Assembly (NCBI GenBank): GCA_048939995.1
Contig: JBHLOY010000001.1
Coordinates: 398,449-462,448 of the forward strand
Direction of reading: 5' to 3'
Origin: Promethearchaeota archaeon
GTDB lineage: Archaea > Asgardarchaeota > Lokiarchaeia > Sigyniarchaeales > SOKP01
Length of the DNA stretch: 64,000 bases
A program made the translations under genes and the position numbers. A model generated the notes under the pieces. That model worked only from the letters and a program-made list of their open reading frames with translations, was not told the DNA's origin and did not search any database. Positions 21,684-30,712 of this stretch are shown here, one piece after another. How positions within the stretch are numbered: the first letter of the stretch is position 1; each line of letters starts with the position of its first letter.

Positions 21684-21694
21684 TTTTTATCACC

Positions 21695-22408
21695 TTATAT
21701 ACCTAAATAAACCTTTTTTATTCGGGGTTCCTTTTCTAACTGTTCTTTGGTTCCCCGCATTTCTATTTTACCTTCTTCTAAGACATGGATATTTTCTCCT
21801 ACTTGCATCCCCAATACAGCATCCTGTTCAACTAAAAGCGCAGTAGTACCTTCATTTTTGATTTTCTCAATAGCATTAAATATATTTGCTTTAATTTTAG
21901 GAGCTAAACCTAATGAAGGTTCATCCATTAATAGAAGTTTCGGATTAGCCATAAGTGAGCGAGCTATTGCTAGCATTTGTTGTTCTCCACCACTAAGTGT
22001 TCCAGCTCTTTGTTTTTTCCTTTCTTTAAGACGTGGAAAAAGTTCAAAAACAAAATTAATTAATTCTTTATATTTTGATTTATCCTTAAGAGAATATGCT
22101 CCCATACGAAGATTTTCCTCAACACTCATATCATAAAAAAGTCTCCTACGTTCTGGGCAATGTGAAATTCCCAATCTAGCAATTTCATTAGCTTTCATAT
22201 CATCTATTCTTACTCCCATGAAAGTAATTTTACCTCGATCAGGTTCTTCTAAACCCGAAATTACTCTAAGAAGTGTAGATTTACCAGCACCATTAGGCCC
22301 TATAACTACGTCAAGAGATTTTTCTTCCACATTTAAATTAATTTCTTCGAGGGATTTTGCCTTACCATAATAATGATATATTTTTTTTAATTCAAGCAAA
22401 TTCTTCAC
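21695..22408 (-). CDS. livF: Branched-chain amino acid-type ABC ATPase
   Basis: GPNGAGKST, CPERRRLF, LSGGEQQMLAIAR, DEPSLGLAP. Confidence 0.9.
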   Translation of the reverse strand: MKNLLELKKIYHYYGKAKSLEEINLNVEEKSLDVVIGPNGAGKSTLLRVISGLEEPDRGKITFMGVRIDDMKANEIARLGISHCPERRRLFYDMSVEENLRMGAYSLKDKSKYKELINFVFELFPRLKERKKQRAGTLSGGEQQMLAIARSLMANPKLLLMDEPSLGLAPKIKANIFNAIEKIKNEGTTALLVEQDAVLGMQVGENIHVLEEGKIEMRGTKEQLEKEPRIKKVYLGI

Positions 22409-23144
22409 CTTTACCTAAATATGCTTCTAATACAATTTTATTACTTGCAACTTCTTTGGGAGTTGCATCAATAATGAATTTACCTTGGTGCATTGCTATT
22501 ACTCTCGGTACAAGATGCATTAGTTCTCTTAATACATGACCAGTCATAAAGATTGTGGCTCCATCCTCATGTAGTGCTTTGATTAATTCAGTAATAACAT
22601 CTGATTCTTCACGAGATAGCCCACTAAAAGGCTCATCAAGGAGTAAAAGTTGAGGATTAGTACCAAGTGCTTTGGCGATTTGAAGTTTTCTTAAATCCCC
22701 ATGAGGTAATACAATTGGAGGGATTCTAGCTTTATCAACTAAACCTGTAGATGCTAATATAGTACTAGCATATTCTTCTACTCCATAATTTTTTGCAACT
22801 CTCTTACCTCTTGGTGAAAGACAAGATACTGTTACATTATCCAGTAAAGTTAAAAACTTAAAAGATCTCACCAGTTGGAAGGTACGAGCTATTCCTAAGT
22901 TGACTATCTTATAGGGTTTCATACCAGTAATGTTTCGTCCATCAAATCTAATCCTTCCTAAACTTGGTTTCTCAAATCCAGATATTAGATTAAAAATTGT
23001 GGTTTTTCCTGCACCATTTGGTCCAATTAATCCTACAAATTCACCACGATTAATCTCAAAGCTAAAATCATTAACAGCTGTTAAACCGCCATATTTTTTG
23101 GTTAAATTTTTTACTTCTAAAAGAACTCCCATTTTAAAATTCAC
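22392..23144 (-). CDS. livG: Branched-chain amino acid-type ABC ATPase
   Basis: GGLTAV, GPNGAGKTT, IARTFQ, LLDEP, AYLG. Confidence 0.9.
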   Translation of the reverse strand: MNFKMGVLLEVKNLTKKYGGLTAVNDFSFEINRGEFVGLIGPNGAGKTTIFNLISGFEKPSLGRIRFDGRNITGMKPYKIVNLGIARTFQLVRSFKFLTLLDNVTVSCLSPRGKRVAKNYGVEEYASTILASTGLVDKARIPPIVLPHGDLRKLQIAKALGTNPQLLLLDEPFSGLSREESDVITELIKALHEDGATIFMTGHVLRELMHLVPRVIAMHQGKFIIDATPKEVASNKIVLEAYLGKGEEFA

Positions 23145-23159
23145 ATATTTTTTTAATAA

Positions 23160-24188
23160 TTATCGTCCTATTAAAATGTCATATAAATCTTTAAGTTTTT
23201 CTACTATTGGCTTCAAAATACCATGTTCAGCAAATCGTATTACTATTATTAAGATGATAGAAAATATAAATACTGATACATCAGGCCATTCACTAAAAAT
23301 TTCGGCAACAAACCAAAAGAAATATGAGCCTAATGCTGATCCCGAAATAGTTGCTATTCCTCCTAGAGAGGCCATAACTATCGCATAAAATGAATATAGA
23401 GGCTGGTAGACTCCCGGATTTACACCTCGATTATGCATAGCGAATAAACTGCCTGCAATACCCGCAAAAAAAGCGCTAATCATAAAGGCAATGATTTTAT
23501 ATTTTGTTAAATTGATACCAGACGCTTCTGCTCCTTTATTATCGTCTCGGATTGATTTAAGGACAGTTCCCATCTTTGATTTGGTGATCCAAATTAAAAT
23601 TTCAAAAGTAGCGATCATTAAGATTAAATGGATATAATAATTATCTATAGCATTCCTTGAAATTTGTGGGATTTGGGAAATCCCTTCAGATCCTCCCAAC
23701 CAGGGTTCAAACCTAACGTTAAGGAATACATTAAACATAATTAACCCTAAAACCATTGTCCCTAATCCTAAATAGGGCCCTTTAAGTCTTAGGGCTGGAA
23801 TTCCAATCAACAATCCGAATACTACTCCAACCAGAGCTCCAATAATAAGCGCTAGCCACCAGACTGTTTCACCAAATAAAGGAGTGAAAACATAACGAAT
23901 AAAAAATGATGTAATGTAGCCAGCAATCCCGAAAAATATCGCATGCCCAAAGCTAACTTGCCCTGTAAAGCCAGCTAAAAAATCCCAACTTGCCGCAAAA
24001 ATCGCAAAGATCATCGAAGTAATAAAAATACCTAAATAATACCTATTTTGAGTGAAAAGAGGTACAATAAAAAGTGCTATCAAACAAATAACAGTTAATT
24101 TTCCCCTAAAAGTTTTTAGCCAATTAATAAGATAGATTTTTGAACTAGATACTTTTTTCTTTAAACGACTTTTTTCTTTTAATGACAT
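23160..24188 (-). CDS. livM: Branched-chain amino acid-type ABC permease
   Basis: GFTGQVSFGHA, LRLKGPYL, SIRDD..GAEASGI. Confidence 0.9.
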   Translation of the reverse strand: MSLKEKSRLKKKVSSSKIYLINWLKTFRGKLTVICLIALFIVPLFTQNRYYLGIFITSMIFAIFAASWDFLAGFTGQVSFGHAIFFGIAGYITSFFIRYVFTPLFGETVWWLALIIGALVGVVFGLLIGIPALRLKGPYLGLGTMVLGLIMFNVFLNVRFEPWLGGSEGISQIPQISRNAIDNYYIHLILMIATFEILIWITKSKMGTVLKSIRDDNKGAEASGINLTKYKIIAFMISAFFAGIAGSLFAMHNRGVNPGVYQPLYSFYAIVMASLGGIATISGSALGSYFFWFVAEIFSEWPDVSVFIFSIILIIVIRFAEHGILKPIVEKLKDLYDILIGR

Positions 24189-24218
24189 TTTTTATAATTT
24201 CTCCTATAAGCTTTAGAA

Positions 24219-25079
24219 TTAATAGACTTCTTTTTTTCCAAATAAACCTCTTGGTCGAATTAAAAGTACTAAAATAATCACTATAATCGGTACTATTGCA
24301 GAAAAAGCTGGATCAATAAAATAATTAACAATATTTCTAGTATATCCCATAATAAATGCTCCAACTACACTTCCTTTCAAACTTCCTAATCCACCAAAAA
24401 TTACAATGGCAAAAGAATTTGATAAGACTTCCCAACCCATATGAGGGGCTATAGATGCAGCTGGTACGTATAATATTGCTGCGATTCCTGCTAAAAATGC
24501 TGAAATCATAACAGTATACATAAGTGTCCTATCAGCATTAATGCCCATTAGCATTGCAGCTTCTCTATCTTGAGAAATCGCTCTTATTGATTTTCCAAGT
24601 TTTGATTTATTTATAAAAACCCCTATAATAATTACGATCACAAATGAAGATATTAATATAACAAGAAATTGTGCTGGAAATGACACGCCAAGAATAGTAA
24701 AAGTATAATCCTTTACAGGGCTTGGAACCGTGTGAGGTATGGCATCCCCAAAAACTTTTATGAATTGTTCAAAAAAGAATCCCAATGAAAATGTAATAAT
24801 AAGAATAGCCACATGGTTCTCTTGCAAAGGTTTTATTAGAAGAAGATAGGAAGCCCCACCGACAATAATAATAATAACTAGCGAGAGAATAGTTCCTCCT
24901 ATAAAACCCATTATATTGAATGTCCAGAACAGAATATATCCTGTTAACAAATAAAATAATCCATGAGATAAATTCAAAATTCCCCCAACTCCATAAACTA
25001 ATGAAAATCCCAAGGCAAGTAGCATATAAACAGAAGCTTCAATTGTTCCAAAAATTATTACTTCGGCAATAGGTACCAT
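24219..25079 (-). CDS. livH: Branched-chain amino acid-type ABC permease
   Basis: ALGFSLVYGVGGILNLSHG, IRAISQDREAAMLMGI, RPRGLFG. Confidence 0.9.
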   Translation of the reverse strand: MVPIAEVIIFGTIEASVYMLLALGFSLVYGVGGILNLSHGLFYLLTGYILFWTFNIMGFIGGTILSLVIIIIVGGASYLLLIKPLQENHVAILIITFSLGFFFEQFIKVFGDAIPHTVPSPVKDYTFTILGVSFPAQFLVILISSFVIVIIIGVFINKSKLGKSIRAISQDREAAMLMGINADRTLMYTVMISAFLAGIAAILYVPAASIAPHMGWEVLSNSFAIVIFGGLGSLKGSVVGAFIMGYTRNIVNYFIDPAFSAIVPIIVIILVLLIRPRGLFGKKEVY

Positions 25080-25226
25080 TTTTTATCCTCGATTTATTCC
25101 TAAAATTATTTATAAGTTTAATTTTACTTTAAAGTTTATAAAGCTTTTCTATCAATTTCTAAATTGGCATAAATAAGAATAATAGAGAAAAAAAAAAAAA
25201 ATTGAGGTTACAAGATTGTTTTCTTT

Positions 25227-26615
25227 TTAATCATTGATCCCCCAGGGAGGAATTGCTATAGCTCCTGTTACAATACTATCTGGATAAAGTACATTTCCAG
25301 ATGATATAACACTTTTTGAACCATCTGGTTTCCATTGACAATATAAAGTAGTACCATATGGCCAACCCACTACTGCATCATGAGCCTTATTCCAACCCAC
25401 GTAACCTGTTGAAACACTGTCTCCAATCCATGGGCTAGCTCTATTAAAGCTTTCGAGATACGTTATTAGCGTTTCAGTCTTAAAACTTCCAGTCGCGTTA
25501 ATGCTAGCAGCTATTGTGTTTACAGCGTCATAGGCTCCTACTGCTGTATATAAAGGTTCATGATCAAATGTAGCTATAAAATCATCCCAGAAGGCTATTG
25601 TTAAGTCAGTTTTATTTGTCCTATGAACAGACTGCATTATCGTTTCATAAGCACAATCTCCGCCAGTATCGTCCCAGAATGTATCTAATTGCGATTGAAC
25701 ATCGATGCCTACTAAAAGACATTGGGGTTGGAGAGCTGCATATTGAGTCATCATGTAAATTCCACCTTGAGCTGAGATTACGGGGATTGTTATTTGTGCA
25801 TTTGCCGCCTCTATTTGATTCCAGTAGGTAGCAAAATCTGTTGCTGTAGCAGTAATGGGATATGCAATGTCAGCTACTATGGTATATCCATATAATGGAA
25901 GGTAAGTATTAAGTGCAGTATCCATTGGAATGGTCCAGTCTAAAGCTTCTCGTAAAACTGCCACCTTGTTTATGGTTTTGTTAAGTACAAGAGGATTTTG
26001 TAAATATGCCTTGAGGAAAGCCATTTGGCCGATTTGTGATCCTCCTAATGCAGATGAATTAATAGGCATAACCCTAAACCAATACTTATATCTATTATAA
26101 CTAGAATACGCTTCTCCGTAAACATTATAGCAGAAATAATCGGTTGATGCTCCAGTTCCAAGAAATAACTTTTTAGCATCCATAACGACTTCTACATACG
26201 CTTTTAAAGCCTCTGTTCTAAATCCTCCTATTATATATTCTGCACCATCTACTTCAATAATTTTTTCTGCTGCACCAACTCCCTTAGTAACGTCAAGTAC
26301 AGGGTTTGATTCATCCGTATCTTCAGCTACGAGCCCTATATAGTAAGTCGTACCATTAACTTGAACTCCGCCACCGGTATTTATATTATAGGCTGCAAGC
26401 CAGGCTCCCTCATAATTTCCCTGTCCTTGTATTTCAGTTATACCTCCAAGTAAACCAATCTTAATTATTCGATTATCTGGTATACCTGAAACTCCCGGAG
26501 TTATAAAAGCAGATGCAGCTGGAGTTAATAAAAACCAGACGCCAACGCCTATACCTGCACCAGCGATAGCTAAGACAGCAACTATGGCTAAGATTCTTTT
26601 CATATTTCGTTCCAT
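25227..26615 (-). CDS. livK: Liv-type ABC substrate-binding protein (N-terminal membrane anchor)
   Basis: IKIGLL, INTGGGV, IGGFRTE, YWFRV, AYDAV; first gene of the liv operon. Confidence 0.85.
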   Translation of the reverse strand: MERNMKRILAIVAVLAIAGAGIGVGVWFLLTPAASAFITPGVSGIPDNRIIKIGLLGGITEIQGQGNYEGAWLAAYNINTGGGVQVNGTTYYIGLVAEDTDESNPVLDVTKGVGAAEKIIEVDGAEYIIGGFRTEALKAYVEVVMDAKKLFLGTGASTDYFCYNVYGEAYSSYNRYKYWFRVMPINSSALGGSQIGQMAFLKAYLQNPLVLNKTINKVAVLREALDWTIPMDTALNTYLPLYGYTIVADIAYPITATATDFATYWNQIEAANAQITIPVISAQGGIYMMTQYAALQPQCLLVGIDVQSQLDTFWDDTGGDCAYETIMQSVHRTNKTDLTIAFWDDFIATFDHEPLYTAVGAYDAVNTIAASINATGSFKTETLITYLESFNRASPWIGDSVSTGYVGWNKAHDAVVGWPYGTTLYCQWKPDGSKSVISSGNVLYPDSIVTGAIAIPPWGIND

Positions 26616-26782
26616 ATTTTAATCACTTTTTAGAAAGTTATTATTTTTAACAAATTTTTATATCTAAATTAGATTTGACAATTAGTATTTCAGATAAACA
26701 TATATTTAAATATTTATAATTGAACTCTGTATTTTTCTATAGACAGTCTAAAAAACAGTTATTAATTTACTAGCTTAGAAGG

Positions 26783-27736
26783 CTATTGATTTATTTTAAA
26801 CAGGTTAAATCCATTAGAAACATGGTCAATTATATCTGATCTTTTGTTAAAAGTCACTTTTAGACCATATACTGATCCTCGGAAATAACTTTCTGCCAGG
26901 ACTAGTATGACACTGCAATGTTCATCAGTTTTTTTAATAATCGGTATTTGTGCCTCCCATTTCGTAAAAAACACATAATTTTTTGCGATATTTATTGCTT
27001 TTTTATAATACTTCATATCTTCAGATGCATTTGATAACTGAGTTTCAAAAATTTTACTATTTTTTTTTGAAAATTGAATTTTCTTTCTTAATCTAAAAAT
27101 GCATAAGTTATCTGAAGAAATTTTTTCATAAATAAAATATCTAAATGGGAATAGACCAGGAATGTAAAGCGCATTAGAAGGCAATTTTGCTTGAATCCAA
27201 ATTTTAGAAATAATGCGATACATGAAATAGAGTAAATAAAATCCAAAAAAGTATTGAAATAGATATGAAAAGAATAGTTGTGGAAAAAAGAAGTATAATA
27301 TTGAATAAAATATTATTACTGTACCTGAGATAAGAGCTAAAACAAAATTAATTGCCCTATCTATAAAAAATCTATACCTTCTTTTCGAGAAGGGATAAAA
27401 AATAGGAATTTTGGACGCTGTCATTAAATCAAGTGAAATATGAAGACTGTAAAAAAGGAATCCGACAACCCAGACAATAACAAAATTTTCATTGGTAATA
27501 AGAGTAAATATACTTGCTGTAAAAAAAGAAAAGATGATTGCAGTAAAATAAGAATGGGATAATCCTTTGTGTGAGAGAAAATTTGATTTTTTAATTAATT
27601 GTAATGGTTCCAAGACAATATCAAAATCAGCAATGATAGCCATAATTATAGCATAGAGAACGATACTAAATGGTAATGAGTTAAGCGTGTAGATACTTAT
27701 AAATATTGCCATTAAAAAGTGTGTGAAAAAATCCAT
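26783..27736 (-). CDS. Membrane metal-dependent hydrolase (YdjM-like)
   Basis: MDFFTH, DFD, HKGLSHS, H..LD, YPF. Confidence 0.8.
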   Translation of the reverse strand: MDFFTHFLMAIFISIYTLNSLPFSIVLYAIIMAIIADFDIVLEPLQLIKKSNFLSHKGLSHSYFTAIIFSFFTASIFTLITNENFVIVWVVGFLFYSLHISLDLMTASKIPIFYPFSKRRYRFFIDRAINFVLALISGTVIIFYSILYFFFPQLFFSYLFQYFFGFYLLYFMYRIISKIWIQAKLPSNALYIPGLFPFRYFIYEKISSDNLCIFRLRKKIQFSKKNSKIFETQLSNASEDMKYYKKAINIAKNYVFFTKWEAQIPIIKKTDEHCSVILVLAESYFRGSVYGLKVTFNKRSDIIDHVSNGFNLFKINQ

Positions 27737-27841
27737 AAAAGCTCGAAGATTTAAATAAGGAATTATTTTTTAAGTTTCAGATTTTAAAATAAAGAGGAAA
27801 GAATTTAAATATTTTTTGCAATAAATTAAGGAGGCAATCCT

Positions 27842-27885
27842 TTTGTCAATCTCTTACTATAATTTTCTAAAAGATTTCATTCAAA
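27842..27885 (-). promoter_or_regulatory. SECIS-like kink-turn hairpin (eukaryote/Loki-type)
   Basis: Minus strand 5'-UUUG AAU GAA AUCUUUUA GAAAAUUAUAG UAAGAGAU UGA CAAA-3': 4-bp stem, 3-nt bulge, tandem G.A/A.G pairs, 8-bp stem and an unpaired apical AAAA. Confidence 0.7.
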
Positions 27886-27888
27886 TTA

Positions 27889-28356
27889 TTATAATTGTTT
27901 GTTAAAATAATGGATAAAATATTTATTCTCTTTACCATATTTTTGGCGCAGTATTGTTTTAAGTGACCCCATATCTAATCGTTCTTTTACTTTTTCTCAT
28001 CAACATCCTACATCTGGTTGTAATTGAATAAAGCTATTAGGATAGATATTGAATTCAATATTTTCCCTAATGGGGTTAAATTTACGTAAAATTCCATCCT
28101 CATCAGGTGCGTAGGCAAATACTCCGACGTCCTCATATATTAAACCTTCCTCTAAATTTACAAATAGTTGAAGATAACTATGAATGTAACTCTCATATAG
28201 TGGAAATATTGAATTCATAGAATCTTCCATTTCAATTTTATCAACCAATGCTAAAGCTTGGATAAATGTTGCGTTATCATTGAGTTCAAGAGAATACTTC
28301 TTACCCTGTTGGAGACCTTTAATTGGTATACTAATTTCAAATTCTACCTTTTTAAT
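27889..28356 (-). CDS. Putative selenoprotein with beta-grasp/MoaD-like fold and Gly-Cys-(Sec)-(Sec) motif; ends at 28000 if UGA is not recoded
   Basis: AGGTGA then ATT (28356) extends the track ORF by 36 codons. Reads ...PDVGC-TGA-TGA-EKVKERLDMGSLKTILRQKYGKENKYFIHYFNKQL-TAA, followed by the SECIS-like hairpin. Confidence 0.6.
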
Positions 28357-28378
28357 CTTTAATTCACCTATCGTATGA

Positions 28379-28648
28379 TTATATTAAGCCTTTTTCTTTA
28401 AGGAGAATGGGTAAATCTTTTTTCAGTAGAAATGCAGCAGTATATTTTCTTTCATTATCTACTACAATTGAGTTTCCATGTAAATTAAGGCTTCTAGCTT
28501 CTTCAGAATTAAGATTTTTTGTGCTATAATCAATATGTTTAATGTAAGGAGTTAAAACAATGAATACACGGTTCATAAACTTATCCCATTCGCAAGCACA
28601 GCTATCTAATGGCACATAAATGTCCACTTTTAATTTGCTATTTTCCAT
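28379..28648 (-). CDS. Small thioredoxin-fold/ArsD-like protein with CxC
   Basis: KVDIYVPLDSCAC resembles the position of the Cys cluster after the first beta strand in ArsD metallochaperones; also supported by gene context. Confidence 0.45.
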   Translation of the reverse strand: MENSKLKVDIYVPLDSCACEWDKFMNRVFIVLTPYIKHIDYSTKNLNSEEARSLNLHGNSIVVDNERKYTAAFLLKKDLPILLKEKGLI

Positions 28649-28659
28649 GGTTTAGATCC

Positions 28660-28965
28660 TTAAGAACAATTACATGATTGGTTTGAATTTTTTACTCTAC
28701 TTCTCACATTCCATAAACATCCACAACCAGGCTGTTCTTGCATAATGATAGCTTGGGTGGGGCAATTTCTCTTACAGGCACTGCACTCAGTACAGAGATT
28801 TTCATTAGTTATTTCATACTTTCCATTTTCATTTGGTTTTGGTAATCCAAAAGGGCAAATCTCTCCACACAACCCACAACCATTACAGATATCTTTATTA
28901 ATAAAGATACGCAGATTCTTCATGATTTGTGTGATATTTAAAGACTTAAAATCTATTTCAGTCAA
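28660..28965 (-). CDS. hgcB: HgcB-like 2x[4Fe-4S] ferredoxin
   Basis: CNGCGLCGEICP and CTECSACKRNCP, then GCGC and C-terminal SCNCS. Directly downstream of the hgcA-like gene. GGAGGTG favours a TTG start at 28965. Confidence 0.7.
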   Translation of the reverse strand: MTEIDFKSLNITQIMKNLRIFINKDICNGCGLCGEICPFGLPKPNENGKYEITNENLCTECSACKRNCPTQAIIMQEQPGCGCLWNVRSRVKNSNQSCNCS

Positions 28966-29010
28966 ACTTAACACCTCCTAATCTACAATATTATTAATTT
29001 TTTATATTAT

Positions 29011-30681
29011 TTAAACAAATATAACTCCAATTGTTAATGAAATCAAGCCTATTATTAAAAAAACCTTATTTAATAAGCTAAATAGGGGATATTCATTTTC
29101 AATTTTTCTTGGGCTTGTTGCCATTGTATAACCACTGGAAGACATAGTGGAAAAAAAAGCAATCCAAAAGAAAAATCCAATATTTATGAGGACATAAAGA
29201 ATTGAACTATGAAGCCACCACGTTAGTAATCCCAAAATACTAATATTAATGAATCCATAGAATATTCCCTTAAATACAAATTTTTGGGTAAAATCTGAAA
29301 GAGGAAACAATAAAAATATAATTAGATTTGTAATTATGACCCAAAGGCAGATTTCCCCAATCCACCAAACCTTATCAAAGTTTGTAAAAATTGCTAGTCC
29401 TAAGAATAGGAAGAATAAAGCGATTATAGGTAAAAGAAACACTTTACGGAAGAGAAATGTAGTGTGGGTTATTACTGCACGCATGCGATGAGACAATTTA
29501 AATTTAGCGAGCTTCATTTTATCTGATTTTTTAGACGGCTTTTCTTTTAAATAGTCTGGTATAAACTTGGACCATACTGGGCCATATTTAACCTTAAATG
29601 GAAATTTTTCGGAACTTTTAGGTAGTTCTGGAATAGCTATTCCGCCAGCAGAAAGTTGAGGAAGCAGAAGTGTTTTTTTATTAGAAATATATTGAATTCC
29701 AGAAGTTTCTACAGCTTCGAGGAGTTGGGAATTACCAAAATTATTTCCGCGAGCCGCACACCATACATTAATCCCATTAGAATCGACACATAATACCCAT
29801 GCGTTGATCTTTTTCAAATCTCGCATAACTTTAATATATGTATAATCATAATTTGCAGTAACAATAATAGGGGAATCTTTATCGGGAGTCCCAGATTCAT
29901 AAATCCCTGGCTCAATAGGAACATGATCCACTTGACCGGTGAAGGTGCAACGGTATATCCTTAATTGAGATTTTATTCCTTTAAATTTTCTCGGTTTAGG
30001 ACGATAATAACCAGGTTCATTTTTTTGATTGACAATTACTTTTTGAAGCTCTAATGCTTGGATAGAGCCATGTTTCCACTTTTTTTGAGTTTTAATTTTG
30101 AATCCGATTGATTCTAGATAATTAAAGAACCATTTAACACGGAAAGTATTTTGTAATCGAAGTCTTCTAATTTTTTTCTTGTACCACCATCTTTTAATAT
30201 TAAAGATTAATCTCCAAAATCCTGAAGGCACAAATTCAGCTCCAATTATTAAACTTCCTTCTGGTTTTAGGACTTTCCATGCATTTCGAAGGAAAATTTG
30301 CTGTTCAAATGGACGTAATTCTGATAACATAAAAGTACTTACTACCACATCCTTAGAAGAATCTTCCATATGTATATCTGAGAAAGTCCCAATTTGATAA
30401 GTTAGTTTCAAATTTTCTTCTTGAGGATAATTCTGCATTGCAAAAGTAATCATCTTAAAATTTTTGTCAATTGCAATAACATTATTACCCTTTAATGCCA
30501 TTTTAGCAGCGAGTACACCTGTACCACATCCAATCTCTAAAACATCTGAAGCATTTACACGATCAAGAATCCATTTCTGGACTTCTTTATTAACTCCCTT
30601 TGTAAGAGTGGTAAATTTTGAATCATATGTATCTGGTTCCTGTTCCAATTTCCTCATATATACGACAGCCATTAAATACAC
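29011..30681 (-). CDS. hgcA: Fusion: SAM methyltransferase + HgcA-like corrinoid domain + transmembrane domain
   Basis: VLEIGCGTG; PGIY..G.PD..SPIIVTANY, DSNGINVWCAARG (cap helix), LLLPQLSAGG, YGPV; about 5 C-terminal TM helices with GYT..TS. Confidence 0.75.
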   Translation of the reverse strand: MYLMAVVYMRKLEQEPDTYDSKFTTLTKGVNKEVQKWILDRVNASDVLEIGCGTGVLAAKMALKGNNVIAIDKNFKMITFAMQNYPQEENLKLTYQIGTFSDIHMEDSSKDVVVSTFMLSELRPFEQQIFLRNAWKVLKPEGSLIIGAEFVPSGFWRLIFNIKRWWYKKKIRRLRLQNTFRVKWFFNYLESIGFKIKTQKKWKHGSIQALELQKVIVNQKNEPGYYRPKPRKFKGIKSQLRIYRCTFTGQVDHVPIEPGIYESGTPDKDSPIIVTANYDYTYIKVMRDLKKINAWVLCVDSNGINVWCAARGNNFGNSQLLEAVETSGIQYISNKKTLLLPQLSAGGIAIPELPKSSEKFPFKVKYGPVWSKFIPDYLKEKPSKKSDKMKLAKFKLSHRMRAVITHTTFLFRKVFLLPIIALFFLFLGLAIFTNFDKVWWIGEICLWVIITNLIIFLLFPLSDFTQKFVFKGIFYGFINISILGLLTWWLHSSILYVLINIGFFFWIAFFSTMSSSGYTMATSPRKIENEYPLFSLLNKVFLIIGLISLTIGVIFV

Positions 30682-30712
30682 CTATTTTCTTGTATTTTAT
30701 AATAAAATAAAC

